From NCBI GenBank assembly GCA_039586365.1, contig JBDHKN010000037.1, positions 1 through 64,000 of the forward strand: a DNA stretch of 64,000 nt. The letters run 5' to 3'. The DNA is from Gemmatimonadota bacterium (GTDB lineage Bacteria; Gemmatimonadota; Gemmatimonadetes; Gemmatimonadales; GWC2-71-9). Position 1 is the stretch's first letter; every line of letters starts with the position of its first letter. A program made the translations under genes and the position numbers. Below the pieces are notes generated by a model. The model ran no database searches and had not been told where the DNA came from. It was given only the letters and a program-made list of their open reading frames with translations. This document shows positions 1 to 10,130 of this stretch, piece by piece.

Positions 1-132
1 GCACTGGAGACTGTCGCCGCTCTAGTCCCCGCACTCACCGATCCGAGGTTGTCGATCTAGACCAGCCGGCCCCCGACCCGCGACAGCCACCAACATTGCG
101 CCGGGCCATATTCCGTGCCACCTTCGTACCCC

Positions 133-1340
133 GTGACCCGGGTTCTCATCGTCCCCGACCTCCCAACGGAACACTGGCCCTCGATGGACCGATACGCCAC
201 GAGGTTGGTGAGATACATGGCGGGGCATACCGACGACATCGAGATAACTGTCGCCACCAAGATCGCACAACTCACGGTAGATGACGGTGGCGGCCGAAAA
301 GGTCGGCAGGAGTCAGGTCCCCGTCCCATATCACTCGAGCCCAGTGTAAGTCAGGTCCCCGTCCCATATCACTCGAGCCCAGTGTAAGTCTGTCTCAGGC
401 ACGCCGGTATCTGTCGCGCTACTGTCTCTATCCTTGGAAAGTCAGGAGGACCAAAGCCGACCTGCTGCACGTACTCGATCATTCGTACGGTCACATTCTG
501 TTGAGCAAGCCCCACCGCCCCACGGTTGTGACGGTGCACGACCTTTTCCCAATGATGATCCTGAAGCTGCCCGCGTCACCTGTACAGGGACGAGTACGCA
601 ATTGGCTGTTGCAGAGGACATTGGAGGGCCTGCGGCAAGCCGATGCCTGGATTGTGGCGACCGACTGGCTGCGGGCTGAGTTCTGCGATTGGCTGGGCAC
701 GGATGCCCAGCAAAGGATCCACGTGATCCCCTACGGCGTCGACGATGAGTTCTTTCTGGAGCCCGAGGAGGACCGATTTCAGGTGCGCGACTCGTTGGGG
801 CTTCCGCAGGGGGCATTCGTCATTCTTCACGTGGGCAGCGTTGCGCCACGCAAGAACCTCACCGCTGTTGCAGCGACGGTGCAGGGTCTTCGGGAACGGG
901 GGGTGGACGCATGGCTGTTACAGATCGGCGGTCAGCTGAGCCCGGAGCAGAAACGGGACCTCACGACACGGGGAATCAGCCAGGTGACGGCTGCACGCGG
1001 GCCGGCGACCGAAGGCAGCCTGAGACTTGCGTACCGGGCTTCCGACGTGCTGTTGTTCCCGTCGCACTATGAAGGCTTTGGCCTCCCGGTGCTCGAAGCG
1101 ATGGCCTCCGGCCTTCCTGTTGTGACATCCGGCGCCGGCGGTCTGGCCGAGGTTGCGGGAGACGCGGCTGTGGTGGTGAGCGGTCGCGAGGCGGAACCGT
1201 ATGTCGATTCGGTGGCAAGGCTGGCTCAGGACACCGCGTGGCGGGACGAATTGGTTGAGAGGGGGCTCGAACGGGCAAGCCGTTTCCGTTGGCTCCATGC
1301 CGCCAAGAAGACTGCCGAGGTCTACAGGACCCTTGCCTGA
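133..1340 (+). pseudogene. GT4 glycosyltransferase interrupted by a 38-bp tandem duplication (frameshift)
   Basis: The N-terminal part (VTRVLIVPDLPTEHWPSMDRYA) is in frame 1. The C-terminal part (RYLSRYCLYPW..DLLHVLDHSYGH..TVHDL..SHYEGFGLPVLEAMASG) is in frame 3 from 387. Removing one copy of 311-348 joins them into one ORF. Confidence 0.85.
311..390. repeat. Perfect 38-bp direct tandem repeat (2 copies plus 4 nt)
   Basis: agtcaggtccccgtcccatatcactcgagcccagtgta at 311-348 and 349-386, followed by agtc. Confidence 0.97.
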
Positions 1341-2775
1341 GACCGGTACCGCTCTCCGAGTCACAGCTATCAGCGCCTCGGCACAGCTGGGCGGCACCGA
1401 GCGCATGTTGCTGGATTTTGCCAATCGGGCTTTCGAGCACGATATAGCCCTCAGGGTAGTCACCCCCCTCGATGGCCCACTTGTCAGGATTCTCAAGAAT
1501 ATCGGGGTCCCAACGGCGGTCGTACCGGCACCGCCGATGATGCTCAGAGGATCGCAGCAGGTAGGTTATCTGCGCTCGCTGCCCCCTGCCGTGCTTGGTG
1601 TATGGCGCTGGTCACGCAGGCTGAGCGCGCACGAATTCGTGCGGGAGGCCGACGTGGCGTATTCAATCGCGTTTAAGCCACACCTGGCGCTGGCCCTCTC
1701 ACGGAGACATCCGGTAGTCTGGCACCTGCATGAATTCCCCCCGGAGACAACCGCCTGGTGGTGGCGCCGGCTGGCACAATGGGTACCTGATAGGATGATT
1801 GCCAACAGTGAAGCGGTTGGCAGAGCATGGTCGGCTGTGAAGCGGGTACCCGAGACCATTGGACGGCCCGACCCCGCCGGGACAGGCGGGGGGAGAGGCG
1901 GTCCGGTTCGAGATCATGCCGCGAACATCACAGTGGTGCCAAACGGAATCAACCTCGATCGTTTCAGACTTGTCGAGCGCAGCTACTGGATCCATGATCG
2001 ACTCCGGATACCGCACGAGCATCGCATCATCGGTATGCCCGCGGTTTTCGCACGCTGGAAAGGACAGCTGGAAGTAATCCGAGCTTTCGAGCTGATAACC
2101 GACCAGTATCCTGACGTGCACCTCGTGATCGTCGGCGGGAGCATTTACGATACTCTAGCTGAAAAGCAATACGGCAAGGAGCTGATGCTCGAGATCGACC
2201 GAGCGGCCACCGGAGAGTGGGCGGTGGTGACGACGGGCGCCGGGAGCCGAGAGCTGGTAGCGGGAAGTGGGGAACAGGGACAAGTACCGTCCGGTCTTAG
2301 CGGGCTCTCCGATGGACCAGATGCCAGTCCCACTGAGAAGTCCGCTGATGAGGGCACCACTCCCGGCTCCCTGCTCCCCCAACTCCACCACCTGCCGTTT
2401 CAATCCAAGGTAGAAATCGCCTACCCGGAATTCGATTTCGCAGTCCATTATTCGACACGGCCAGAGCCATTTGGCCGAGTCGTGGTTGAGGCCATGGCTT
2501 GCGGGGTCCCTGTGATTGCCGCGAACGAGGGCGGGCCCATTGAGATCTTGGGAGGTGGGATCGGATCCCGCCGCGAGGCAGGATGGCTTGCGGAACCGCG
2601 GAATCCGGAGGCCCTGGCGGCGGTGTTCCGCAGTGCTCTCGACCTCCCTGTAGAAGTCGCCCGATCGATTGGTGAGGCTGGGAGAAGACGGGCGGAGGAT
2701 TACTACTCGTGGAGGAGGTTCGCTGGTGAAGTAGCTGAGGTGCTGAAGCTGGTCTCTCGGAGCAGAGCAAGGTGA
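1333..2775 (+). CDS. GT4 glycosyltransferase with low-complexity insertions
   Basis: Motifs GGTER, HLHE, ANSEAV, PNGI, WKGQ and EPFGRVVVEAMACGVPVIA. Likely TTG start at 1333 overlapping the upstream stop; the ORF track extends to 1201. Confidence 0.9.
   Translation: MPETGTALRVTAISASAQLGGTERMLLDFANRAFEHDIALRVVTPLDGPLVRILKNIGVPTAVVPAPPMMLRGSQQVGYLRSLPPAVLGVWRWSRRLSAHEFVREADVAYSIAFKPHLALALSRRHPVVWHLHEFPPETTAWWWRRLAQWVPDRMIANSEAVGRAWSAVKRVPETIGRPDPAGTGGGRGGPVRDHAANITVVPNGINLDRFRLVERSYWIHDRLRIPHEHRIIGMPAVFARWKGQLEVIRAFELITDQYPDVHLVIVGGSIYDTLAEKQYGKELMLEIDRAATGEWAVVTTGAGSRELVAGSGEQGQVPSGLSGLSDGPDASPTEKSADEGTTPGSLLPQLHHLPFQSKVEIAYPEFDFAVHYSTRPEPFGRVVVEAMACGVPVIAANEGGPIEILGGGIGSRREAGWLAEPRNPEALAAVFRSALDLPVEVARSIGEAGRRRAEDYYSWRRFAGEVAEVLKLVSRSRAR
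2241..2380. repeat. In-frame heptamer-periodic imperfect inverted repeat inside GT4
   Basis: cgggagc-cgagagc-tggtagc-gggaagt-ggggaac-aggga at 2241-2280, and the complementary ctcccgg-ctccctg-ctcccc at about 2360-2380. Confidence 0.65.
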
Positions 2776-2869
2776 GGAATGGGCGTGGGAAGGGACAACT
2801 GGGAAGGCGATGGCCAGTGTACGTCGGATGTCACTTGGGGGATCCGGGGCTTTGAGTAGCTAGGCCAGC

Positions 2870-5224
2870 TCAGTGTCTGCGGAGTGGGAGGCCTACCGTA
2901 CCACCGATCTCCGCTACTGCGGTGAACTCCGTGACACTCTCACCTGCAACATGCAGCGCATTGCGCACGAAGTTCTCGCCCAGGTCCCAACCCAACCAGA
3001 AGTGTCGATTCGGCTGGTAGCGCCCGCGCAGTCCTGCACGGAAAGTCGTCTCCCTCACTCCCAAGAACAGCGCCGGGCTGGCGCGGAATTCATCGTAGGG
3101 CGGGAACGGAGTACGGAAATCACCCTCACCGCGACGTTGAAGTTGGAGAACCGGCGCAAGCCACAGACCCTGCACTGGAGGGAAGAACTCCACCTCTGCC
3201 GAGAGACGATCAAAGTCCGCATAGTTCGCACCCAGACCACGCCGGAGGAAGCTGTAGTGGTCTGCACCTCTGCTGGTACGGTACGCGAACGAGGATACCT
3301 GTTGGTATTGAAGAGAGAGAGCCACAGGCGCGGACGTCGGAATGCTGCGCACTCCGAGGGTGAACGCGTATCGAGTTGGTGCAGGATCGACGTCTTGGGA
3401 CGGGGCTATATCGAGATCATCCAACAAGCCCTCACCATACGCTACAAAGGCTCCGATCCGGTACCAAAACTGCAGATTGAGCATGAGGTTGAGGGTGCGG
3501 TCTGCCGGTTCGTTTTCGGCGTCGAAGAACAAGATCTCGAGGGGGTTCAGGTAACGGATCTGCATACCAGCATCTTGCCCTGCGTAAAGGACCGCCTCAC
3601 CCAGTGAGACGGCTAGATCGTGGCTAGAGAAATCCAATCGGTGTCCTGAAACGTAGCGTTTCATACCTCCCAACGTGTCCAATTCACCGGTAAACGACCG
3701 CAGCGATATCCTGCCCATCCGCAAGTCGATCCCGACCTGAGGATAGCTGGTGGCAACATCTGACACCATGAGACTCTTCGTGCCGAGTGCCGACCAGTTG
3801 CGCTTCAGTCGCCCGAGGGTCACAGCCACAGACCGAGTCACCACCGACAGATAGGCGTTATCGGAACGCCCACCTCGCCGCTGTCCAGGATCCGCTCCAT
3901 CAGGATCGTCGGTCAGATACGTATCCCCCAGGAGGCGTGTCTCCACCGCGACCGGCCCCCGTTCAATCCAACCGCCTGCCCTGTACCACGGCCACATGTC
4001 TGCGTCTCCGGTGGGTCTCAAGGCGTCGAGTCTCTGGCTCGTCGAGCCTCTGGTACCTGCGGCCAGCTCGATACCCCAGTGCGGAGCTTCCCTTCCTTCC
4101 AATCGCTCCAGCTCGCGAGCGAACTCCTGCTGGAGCATACGCACCCAGCCCGAAACCGGGCTCCGGAGGGTATCCGGATTCAAACCCGCTAGGCCTCGGG
4201 CGACCTCGAGGCGGCGGTATGGCTGTACGAGTGGATTGAGGTTGGCAAGGTATCCTCGCGGCCGCAACCGTTCGATGTACTCGTAGGCCCAATGATCGAC
4301 AGTGAGGTTCCGCGATCCCAGAACCTCCTGTGCGGCGGCCGAGGTAGGCCCGGCGATGGTTAGCAGCGCAGCTATCCCTGCAGCTCGGACCGTCCGGCGA
4401 GCCACCACAGTGCGGGCGAGTAATACTCCCCCCAACCCGGCGGGTATGAACAGAGTGTAGAGCCGCCACGTCAGAAGCAATGCCGCCACGTCAGCCGTCC
4501 GAAGAGTGGAAGCAAAGCCGAGCGCGAATCCGAGCTCGATTCCTCCCACACCGGCAGGGGTCGGAAGTACTAGCTGGCTGTACAACAGGGCAAATGACCC
4601 CAAAACCACGAGTCCGAAGTCCACCTGGGAAGCGAAGGGTAGACACAGAAGGGGCAACACCAGAACCCGAGCCGCGATCCCAACAGTGGCAAGCAACCCG
4701 GCGCATAATAAGGTCCTAACCGAAAGGGCACGGGCGTGTTTCCAGAGGCTTTTGAGAGGGTGGCCCGCTTCACCGGGGTGTCGCCGCCTGTACCAGACAA
4801 TGGCCCACGTACCAAGGGCCATGAGCACGCAGAGTACTGCGAGCACCACTGCAGCGTAAACCGTACCCAGTCGCGCTGCAGTCTGTAGCACGCCTGCCAT
4901 CCCGCGTTCGCCAAAAGCAGCCACCAACGCGACGCCTACAACCACCAGCACGATCATATCGATGAGCTTTTCAGCTCCCAAGCCGACAACTGATGCGGCC
5001 GGCTCGATTCCACACCGGCCCAGTCCGAGGAACCTGGCCGGGTCTCCCCCCAAGCGACCGGGTGTCACAGCGGCCGCTGCATCCCCGTACGCATTGACTG
5101 CTAATGCACGGCGCAGCGGCATCTGTTTGGAGGAGTCGACCAGGAGACGGATCTTCCACGCACGGAGTCCGAGTTCAAGTAGCACGAGCGCGAGCGCAAG
5201 TGCGTAGGACAACCAAGGATTCAT
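2870..5224 (-). CDS. Fusion of lysylphosphatidylglycerol-synthase TM (flippase-like) domain and Wzi-like outer-membrane beta-barrel
   Basis: The N-terminal ~270 aa carries TPGRLGGDPAR, PTPAGVGGIE and WRLYT with several TM helices. A signal-like segment (RRTVRAAGIAALLTIAGPTSAAA/Q) follows. The C-terminal part has HWAYEYIERL, GHRLD, LGEAVLY, YLNP and YGEGLLDD, typical of Wzi-like proteins. Confidence 0.75.
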   Translation of the reverse strand: MNPWLSYALALALVLLELGLRAWKIRLLVDSSKQMPLRRALAVNAYGDAAAAVTPGRLGGDPARFLGLGRCGIEPAASVVGLGAEKLIDMIVLVVVGVALVAAFGERGMAGVLQTAARLGTVYAAVVLAVLCVLMALGTWAIVWYRRRHPGEAGHPLKSLWKHARALSVRTLLCAGLLATVGIAARVLVLPLLCLPFASQVDFGLVVLGSFALLYSQLVLPTPAGVGGIELGFALGFASTLRTADVAALLLTWRLYTLFIPAGLGGVLLARTVVARRTVRAAGIAALLTIAGPTSAAAQEVLGSRNLTVDHWAYEYIERLRPRGYLANLNPLVQPYRRLEVARGLAGLNPDTLRSPVSGWVRMLQQEFARELERLEGREAPHWGIELAAGTRGSTSQRLDALRPTGDADMWPWYRAGGWIERGPVAVETRLLGDTYLTDDPDGADPGQRRGGRSDNAYLSVVTRSVAVTLGRLKRNWSALGTKSLMVSDVATSYPQVGIDLRMGRISLRSFTGELDTLGGMKRYVSGHRLDFSSHDLAVSLGEAVLYAGQDAGMQIRYLNPLEILFFDAENEPADRTLNLMLNLQFWYRIGAFVAYGEGLLDDLDIAPSQDVDPAPTRYAFTLGVRSIPTSAPVALSLQYQQVSSFAYRTSRGADHYSFLRRGLGANYADFDRLSAEVEFFPPVQGLWLAPVLQLQRRGEGDFRTPFPPYDEFRASPALFLGVRETTFRAGLRGRYQPNRHFWLGWDLGENFVRNALHVAGESVTEFTAVAEIGGTVGLPLRRH

Positions 5225-5246
5225 CGCGTACTCTACCTACACGGGC

Positions 5247-6467
5247 TCACTGTCGCCTGTTCCGGGCAATAGCTGCAAGCACGTCGACATGCTTTTCAAC
5301 CACAACCTGCCAGTCGAACAGTTCTTTCGTGTATCTCACCACACGCGATCCCATGGCATGCAGTTCCGCTCGGTCCCGTGCCAACTCAGCAATGCGCCCG
5401 GCATACGCACCCGAATCCAAGCTCGGGACCAAGTAACCATTTGCGCCCTCAACTACGGCGTCGCGGATTCCCTCGAGGTCAGCAGCCAGCGTCGGAAGAC
5501 CGCAGGCCCCCGCCTCCAATGTAACGACGCCAAATCCCTCAATCTCCCCGGGTACGGGAATATTGGGCATCAAGTGCAGGTCGGCTCCCTGCATGAGCGT
5601 GCGCAGCTTTTCGTCTGGCAAGCGACCCATGAGGCGCACACGGTCCTCCAAACCTCGCAGCGTAACCTCTGACTCTATCACTCCGGTCTCAGGTCCTCCA
5701 CCCACGATCCAATAGTGTACGTTGGAATCCAGCAGCAACATGACGTGGCCAACGAACCACCCAAAGCCCTTCCTCTTGACATGGCGTCCGACGCTCAGAA
5801 GCAGAAACGCATCGTGAGATATCCCGCTGTGCGAACCCCGAAACTCGTGTAGCAGGCGACTTCTAGCTGCGGCGAAGTCTGTAGTGGCTCCGAAGCTCTC
5901 GGTGTCGACACCGTTCGGGATGACGCAGGATCTCTCGACGGCTGCACCACGTACTAGGCATTCGTGCTGCGTTGCGGTGCTCACGGGAAGCACTACATCA
6001 ACGGCTTGTAGGATCCTGGGTACGAGCCGCTGATAAGACTTGGTGGGCAGAGTCACATCCAGACCGTGGGCGATGGCTGCGGTGCCGGCACCTAGCTTCG
6101 TCAACTTCCGGCGCAGCGGTATCATCACCGCGGCAGTCACCAATGACGAGAACAGCACGACGTCAATCCGTTGTTCCCGAACGATTCGTGGAATCTGCCA
6201 CAGCAGCCCAGCCAGAAACGGCCCGGTACGCACATGTGTGGCGCGCCAAGACGTGCGCAATACCAGCAGACGCAAATCGACTGCCTTGTGCCGCTCGAGG
6301 GCATTCGCCAACCCCGTAGCCACGCGTTGCATGCCACCGAGATTCGCCAACATCCGGCCGGCGGGAGGGAAGGAATGGGACACGAGGAGGACCCGCAACG
6401 ATTCTGCGGTCCGATCGATTGACGATGTTTTCTTGGCAGCTGCCCTACTATTCTTCACTAACCTCAT
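5247..6467 (-). CDS. GT4 glycosyltransferase (PimA/RfaG-like)
   Basis: Motifs SHSFPP..GGMQ, HGLDV, IPNGVD, VGRHVKRKG and EGFGVVTLEAGACG. Confidence 0.92.
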   Translation of the reverse strand: MRLVKNSRAAAKKTSSIDRTAESLRVLLVSHSFPPAGRMLANLGGMQRVATGLANALERHKAVDLRLLVLRTSWRATHVRTGPFLAGLLWQIPRIVREQRIDVVLFSSLVTAAVMIPLRRKLTKLGAGTAAIAHGLDVTLPTKSYQRLVPRILQAVDVVLPVSTATQHECLVRGAAVERSCVIPNGVDTESFGATTDFAAARSRLLHEFRGSHSGISHDAFLLLSVGRHVKRKGFGWFVGHVMLLLDSNVHYWIVGGGPETGVIESEVTLRGLEDRVRLMGRLPDEKLRTLMQGADLHLMPNIPVPGEIEGFGVVTLEAGACGLPTLAADLEGIRDAVVEGANGYLVPSLDSGAYAGRIAELARDRAELHAMGSRVVRYTKELFDWQVVVEKHVDVLAAIARNRRQ

Positions 6468-6732
6468 CCCGCGGGCCGGGCCGCATCGCGAAGCGGGGGC
6501 GTTGCCAACTGCTCAAGGCTCGCGCCACACCAGCAAACACTGGGAGACGTTTCTCCCAGACGGTCCGACCCACAAAAGTCAGTAGCGGCTCCGCCTCAGA
6601 GATCCCCATTGACAGCCGCACCGCAAGCGACCCCCTGCGCGGGTTGAACAGCGACGTATCGACTCCCCGCTCCCATGGCCTCCGTCCTTGGTGAGTTCGA
6701 TATGAGGACTTTGCCCAAGCTACTACTGGCAC
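6448..6732 (-). pseudogene. Fragment of a GT4 alpha-mannosyltransferase-like gene
   Basis: WERGVDTSLFNPRR..LLTFVGRTVWEK is the GT4 interdomain motif. Neither the N-terminal domain nor the catalytic ExF motif is in frame. Confidence 0.7.
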
Positions 6733-6980
6733 TACTTGCTCGGAAGAGGAACAACCAACCGAGATGCTGTCGCTGACGCAATCGAACAGCGACGGTGCAA
6801 GATGCCTGCACCCGCCTCAGGGTCTACGACACCCCACCGGGGATACGCTGATAACGCGGTTTCGCACAGAAGTGCACGAGCATGAGATGCCACGAATCCT
6901 GTACCGCACGCCAGATCCGAGACATCGACAAGACCAGGGCCGGCTGGCGAGATCTTCGACGAGACGCAGGCTCGTAACAG

Positions 6981-7006
6981 TAAACGCTTGAATGATAAAG
7001 AGTTAG
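6981..7006. promoter_or_regulatory. Dyad IHF-like site (TAA-n4-TTG-n6-AA-n4-TTA)
   Basis: taaacgcttgaatgataaagagttag, an AT-rich intergenic motif that recurs at 10451 and 19812. Confidence 0.5.
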
Positions 7007-7253
7007 GTTACGTCACTCTCGCGCTTGCAGCAGCGCGGAACTCACGCCTCAGTACGAAATGGACGCTCACAAGACCGCCATGTCTCGCACCGGTTACAGT
7101 GTTCAATGGCAAGGTCGTGATGGGTCTAGCTAGATCGACCATTGGTACATGATGGCGGTGAGTAGGTACCACACTGTTATCTCCATCACAGTTTCGGAAC
7201 GCCCAATTGGCCAACTTGTGTCAGACATCCGCGGACCCACATAGAGGCGAACT

Positions 7254-7622
7254 ATGGACAAGGAACCGATTGGATGGGCCCGTGTTAGGCCTCCGGGTGC
7301 TTACAGCCTCCGGCGGGGCGCCTGGTATCCAGTGATGGAAGACAACGGCGATAGCGAAGTCGTGTTGAATCTTCACGCCCGGATCGTCGTGATCCCGCGA
7401 CGAAACCTCGAACTGCGGCGACACCGCCCCACCTGTTTCAGCGTAGTCATGCGGACGCCGGAAGACCCCAACCCGGTTCGCGGTACGCCTCAGGATTTGG
7501 GACTCATCTACGCCGTCTGCCCTTTGTCGAGTTCCCGAGTTCGGATAGCAGGACATCCGGAGATACTCGGTTGCCCAAACTGCGGCTACCAGTTTCCCTT
7601 ATCCTGGGAAGATAAGTGTTGA
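7254..7622 (+). CDS. Hypothetical protein with a possible C-terminal zinc-binding motif
   Basis: RBS gagg before ATG; sequence LRRGAWYPV...YAVCP...CPNC. Confidence 0.75.
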   Translation: MDKEPIGWARVRPPGAYSLRRGAWYPVMEDNGDSEVVLNLHARIVVIPRRNLELRRHRPTCFSVVMRTPEDPNPVRGTPQDLGLIYAVCPLSSSRVRIAGHPEILGCPNCGYQFPLSWEDKC

Positions 7623-7716
7623 GCTGTCCGTAGCCGGAGCATCGGCACTGCACGCGAACGCCTGCGACCAACCGGCCAAGGTCGCAGCAGGCGTCGAGCA
7701 AACACTCCCCGACCCA

Positions 7717-8091
7717 CTACTTGTCGAGGTATGCGAAGCGGCCCTCGGCTCTCGCCACCGCGTCGCGGACTCTGCGCAGATCTGCCGCCGTGACGTCCTT
7801 CACCCTATACTGGTCACCAATAAAGGATCCGCTCCGGAGGGATGCTCCAGTCTCCATCCGTGAAATGAGATCGGCTAGTGGTTTGGCCGCTTCGTATAGG
7901 TCAGGCGCGGCGGCAATCAACCGGGCGTTGGGGATCGTCGAGACTTCTTCGGCCACAGAACAACCTGACTTACCACGGTCATCGACGTGCTCTGCGCCCT
8001 GAACACGGGCTAGGCGAGTCACGTTTCCGTGCTCATCTGTCTCCGGATCCACAGTTCGCCAGGGTCTTGGTGTATACTCTCTCGAACTCAT
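7717..8091 (-). CDS. Phage-type hypothetical protein
   Basis: YTPRPW near the N-terminus and NARLIAAAPDLYEA resemble the 'HTPGPW...ANARLIAAAPELL' motif common in small phage proteins. Confidence 0.75.
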   Translation of the reverse strand: MSSREYTPRPWRTVDPETDEHGNVTRLARVQGAEHVDDRGKSGCSVAEEVSTIPNARLIAAAPDLYEAAKPLADLISRMETGASLRSGSFIGDQYRVKDVTAADLRRVRDAVARAEGRFAYLDK

Positions 8092-8599
8092 GCCCCCCCC
8101 TGGTTGTACGCTAACGTTACGCCCAGACCCGGCCGCTGCAAGCGGAGGCCACTGGGATCCCTGCTGCCGCCTGCAATCGCCATAGCCTTGACGTTGGTTG
8201 CACAAAGTCTTCTGCTCGCGCCTCGCAGTAGTGGCACTGGAGTTGAGGGGGATGGGACGGTCAGCTGCACCTTGCTACCCGGACACCTTGTAGGGCAACC
8301 CCACAACGACTGGACGGAAACCCCTTCGATCCAGGCACCAATCCAGCAGGAATGGAACGTGCTCTGGCACCGCGCGAGCGGCGAGAATCAACGGCGCCAC
8401 ACCCTGCAGCGACAAGCCCGAGACAACGGTCCCGGGCCTTTTTGTTCACTCGCTATGTCGCTTCGCTCTGTGCTACAATAATACCAACTATCCAGTTGGC
8501 GGACAACACCGGAGCGAGTCTCATATGTTGCATTGAGATGCGTGTATCCACATCACAAAGCGGTTCACGGCGAACATCGGGTTCCCGGGTGAAGTCGTA

Positions 8600-9169
8600 C
8601 TAGCTGTCGGTCTTGCACTCACACGGCCCGGAACTCACCATCGCCGAGAACCGGACCAAGGCCAGTATGACCGCGTGCTCGTACAGGGCAGTCCTATCGA
8701 TCACGTTACGAGTGAGCAGTCCGACTGCGCCGTCACGTTGCTTGGTGTTCTTCTCCCGGAACACGATGTCGCAGGCGCGCCCGAGTTCTTCGCCAGACTT
8801 GACAATCCGCGCTACCGCTTCCGGGAGAAGGAAGGTTCCTGAGCGACTTGTGCCGACTCTGCTTCCTGATTTCACCACGACCCAGGCGAAGGCCGCAGTC
8901 TCCGCGCCGATATCATCGATCCCGCCTTCGATGCCGACCCAGAACTCGGCATTCGGAACCAGACTGGCAGCCCGCTCTGTTCGCAGCATCGCTCCCTTGA
9001 GGGTCTCAGCGTCTGTCGTTGGCTGGGCGGGGATTCCCTCCGACACCGAAACGGGTTCCACAGTGAAGTCCTCATTGGGGAACATCTGCTGAAACCCACG
9101 CAGTGTAGCTTGGAGCTTGACCGGATTGTGTGAGGCAACCACGATGGTCTTCAAGCTCGACTCCCCCAA
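8600..9169 (-). CDS. yjjX: Inosine/xanthosine triphosphatase
   Basis: Motifs VASHNPVK, QP, GAMLR, VGIEGG, GEELG and KQRDGAVGLLT..DR..Y. Confidence 0.93.
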   Translation of the reverse strand: MGESSLKTIVVASHNPVKLQATLRGFQQMFPNEDFTVEPVSVSEGIPAQPTTDAETLKGAMLRTERAASLVPNAEFWVGIEGGIDDIGAETAAFAWVVVKSGSRVGTSRSGTFLLPEAVARIVKSGEELGRACDIVFREKNTKQRDGAVGLLTRNVIDRTALYEHAVILALVRFSAMVSSGPCECKTDS

Positions 9170-9192
9170 CCTGCCCCGCAGGACCTCACCCG

Positions 9193-9396
9193 TCAGACTT
9201 CCTCAGGCATCACAAGCCACAGGATTATGTAGGCTAGGATTCCAGGAAACGCAGCCGATATCAGGGAAACCAGCACGTAGATCACTCGGACCGCCGTTGG
9301 ATCCCAGCCTAGCCACTTGGCTATGCCGCCGCAAACTCCGGCCATCACCCGGTCGTGGCGACTGCGTCGGAGCGGTCTAGATAGTGTCTCACCCAC
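9193..9396 (-). CDS. PspC domain protein
   Basis: LRRSRHDRVMAGVCGGIAKWLGWDPTAVR...YIILWLVMP; GTG start after an aaggag RBS. Confidence 0.92.
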   Translation of the reverse strand: MGETLSRPLRRSRHDRVMAGVCGGIAKWLGWDPTAVRVIYVLVSLISAAFPGILAYIILWLVMPEEV

Positions 9397-9674
9397 CCTG
9401 TTCTCCTTGTTCAGACCACTGTACCTGTACCCCATGACTGCACAGCCGGCAAGGGTTGTCCGGTTCCCAGCAGCGTAACGCAAGCTCATCACCCAACAGA
9501 ACATTCCCATCGAGCTGTGCTGGGAGGTTATGAGTTCACAGGGTGCAGCTGAGACAGGGGCTCTTGGGAAGGCCAGGGTTGACGCTCTGGAGCACTGCAG
9601 GTGACCGGCTGTTAATCACCAGTGCCATCCGGAATGGCTGGGGGGTTTGGATGTTGTGGTTCGTTGAGACGGGA

Positions 9675-10130
9675 TCAGAGACGTACCATGGCTATTTCCA
9701 GGTCAGCAGGCTCTGGCAGGCCTCCCTGATCGAAGGTGTACTCCGCATCCCGAGTGATCATCGTGAGAACATCGCCCGAGACATCGTACCCAAACATCAT
9801 CGGGCTGGGACCTCCGTCCCACCGAAAGTCGATGGAATCGCCCCGAACGCTCAGCATTCCAGTCGACACCTGACCAATCACAATGCCGGGCTGCATCGTC
9901 AGGAGAGTCCAGCTGCCATCATTCGATATGGTGAGGTTCATACTTACACCAAGGGCCGCCAGATTGATGCTTCTGAGGGAATCCGCCTGGCTAGTGTACT
10001 CGAATCTGTTCACCCGCCACGCGCCGATCAATTCACGGAGGGCCTCGTCCACCGGCCCTGTGTTGTCACCGCATCCAGCGACAAGGCAGACCACGCTAGC
10101 TACAAGAAGCCTGAACCGAACAGCCGTCAT
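9675..10130 (-). CDS. Lipoprotein, lipocalin-like
   Basis: Lipobox VAGC; LIGAW motif; RBS ggag. Confidence 0.8.
   Translation of the reverse strand: MTAVRFRLLVASVVCLVAGCGDNTGPVDEALRELIGAWRVNRFEYTSQADSLRSINLAALGVSMNLTISNDGSWTLLTMQPGIVIGQVSTGMLSVRGDSIDFRWDGGPSPMMFGYDVSGDVLTMITRDAEYTFDQGGLPEPADLEIAMVRL

Noticed and set aside
311..390. 38-bp repeat as a CRISPR array
   Set aside because: The copies are directly adjacent with no spacer, lie within a gene, and there are no cas genes.
8232..8246. TGGCAC-N5-TTGA as a sigma54 promoter
   Set aside because: It lacks the conserved -12 GC and there is no clear downstream gene on that strand.
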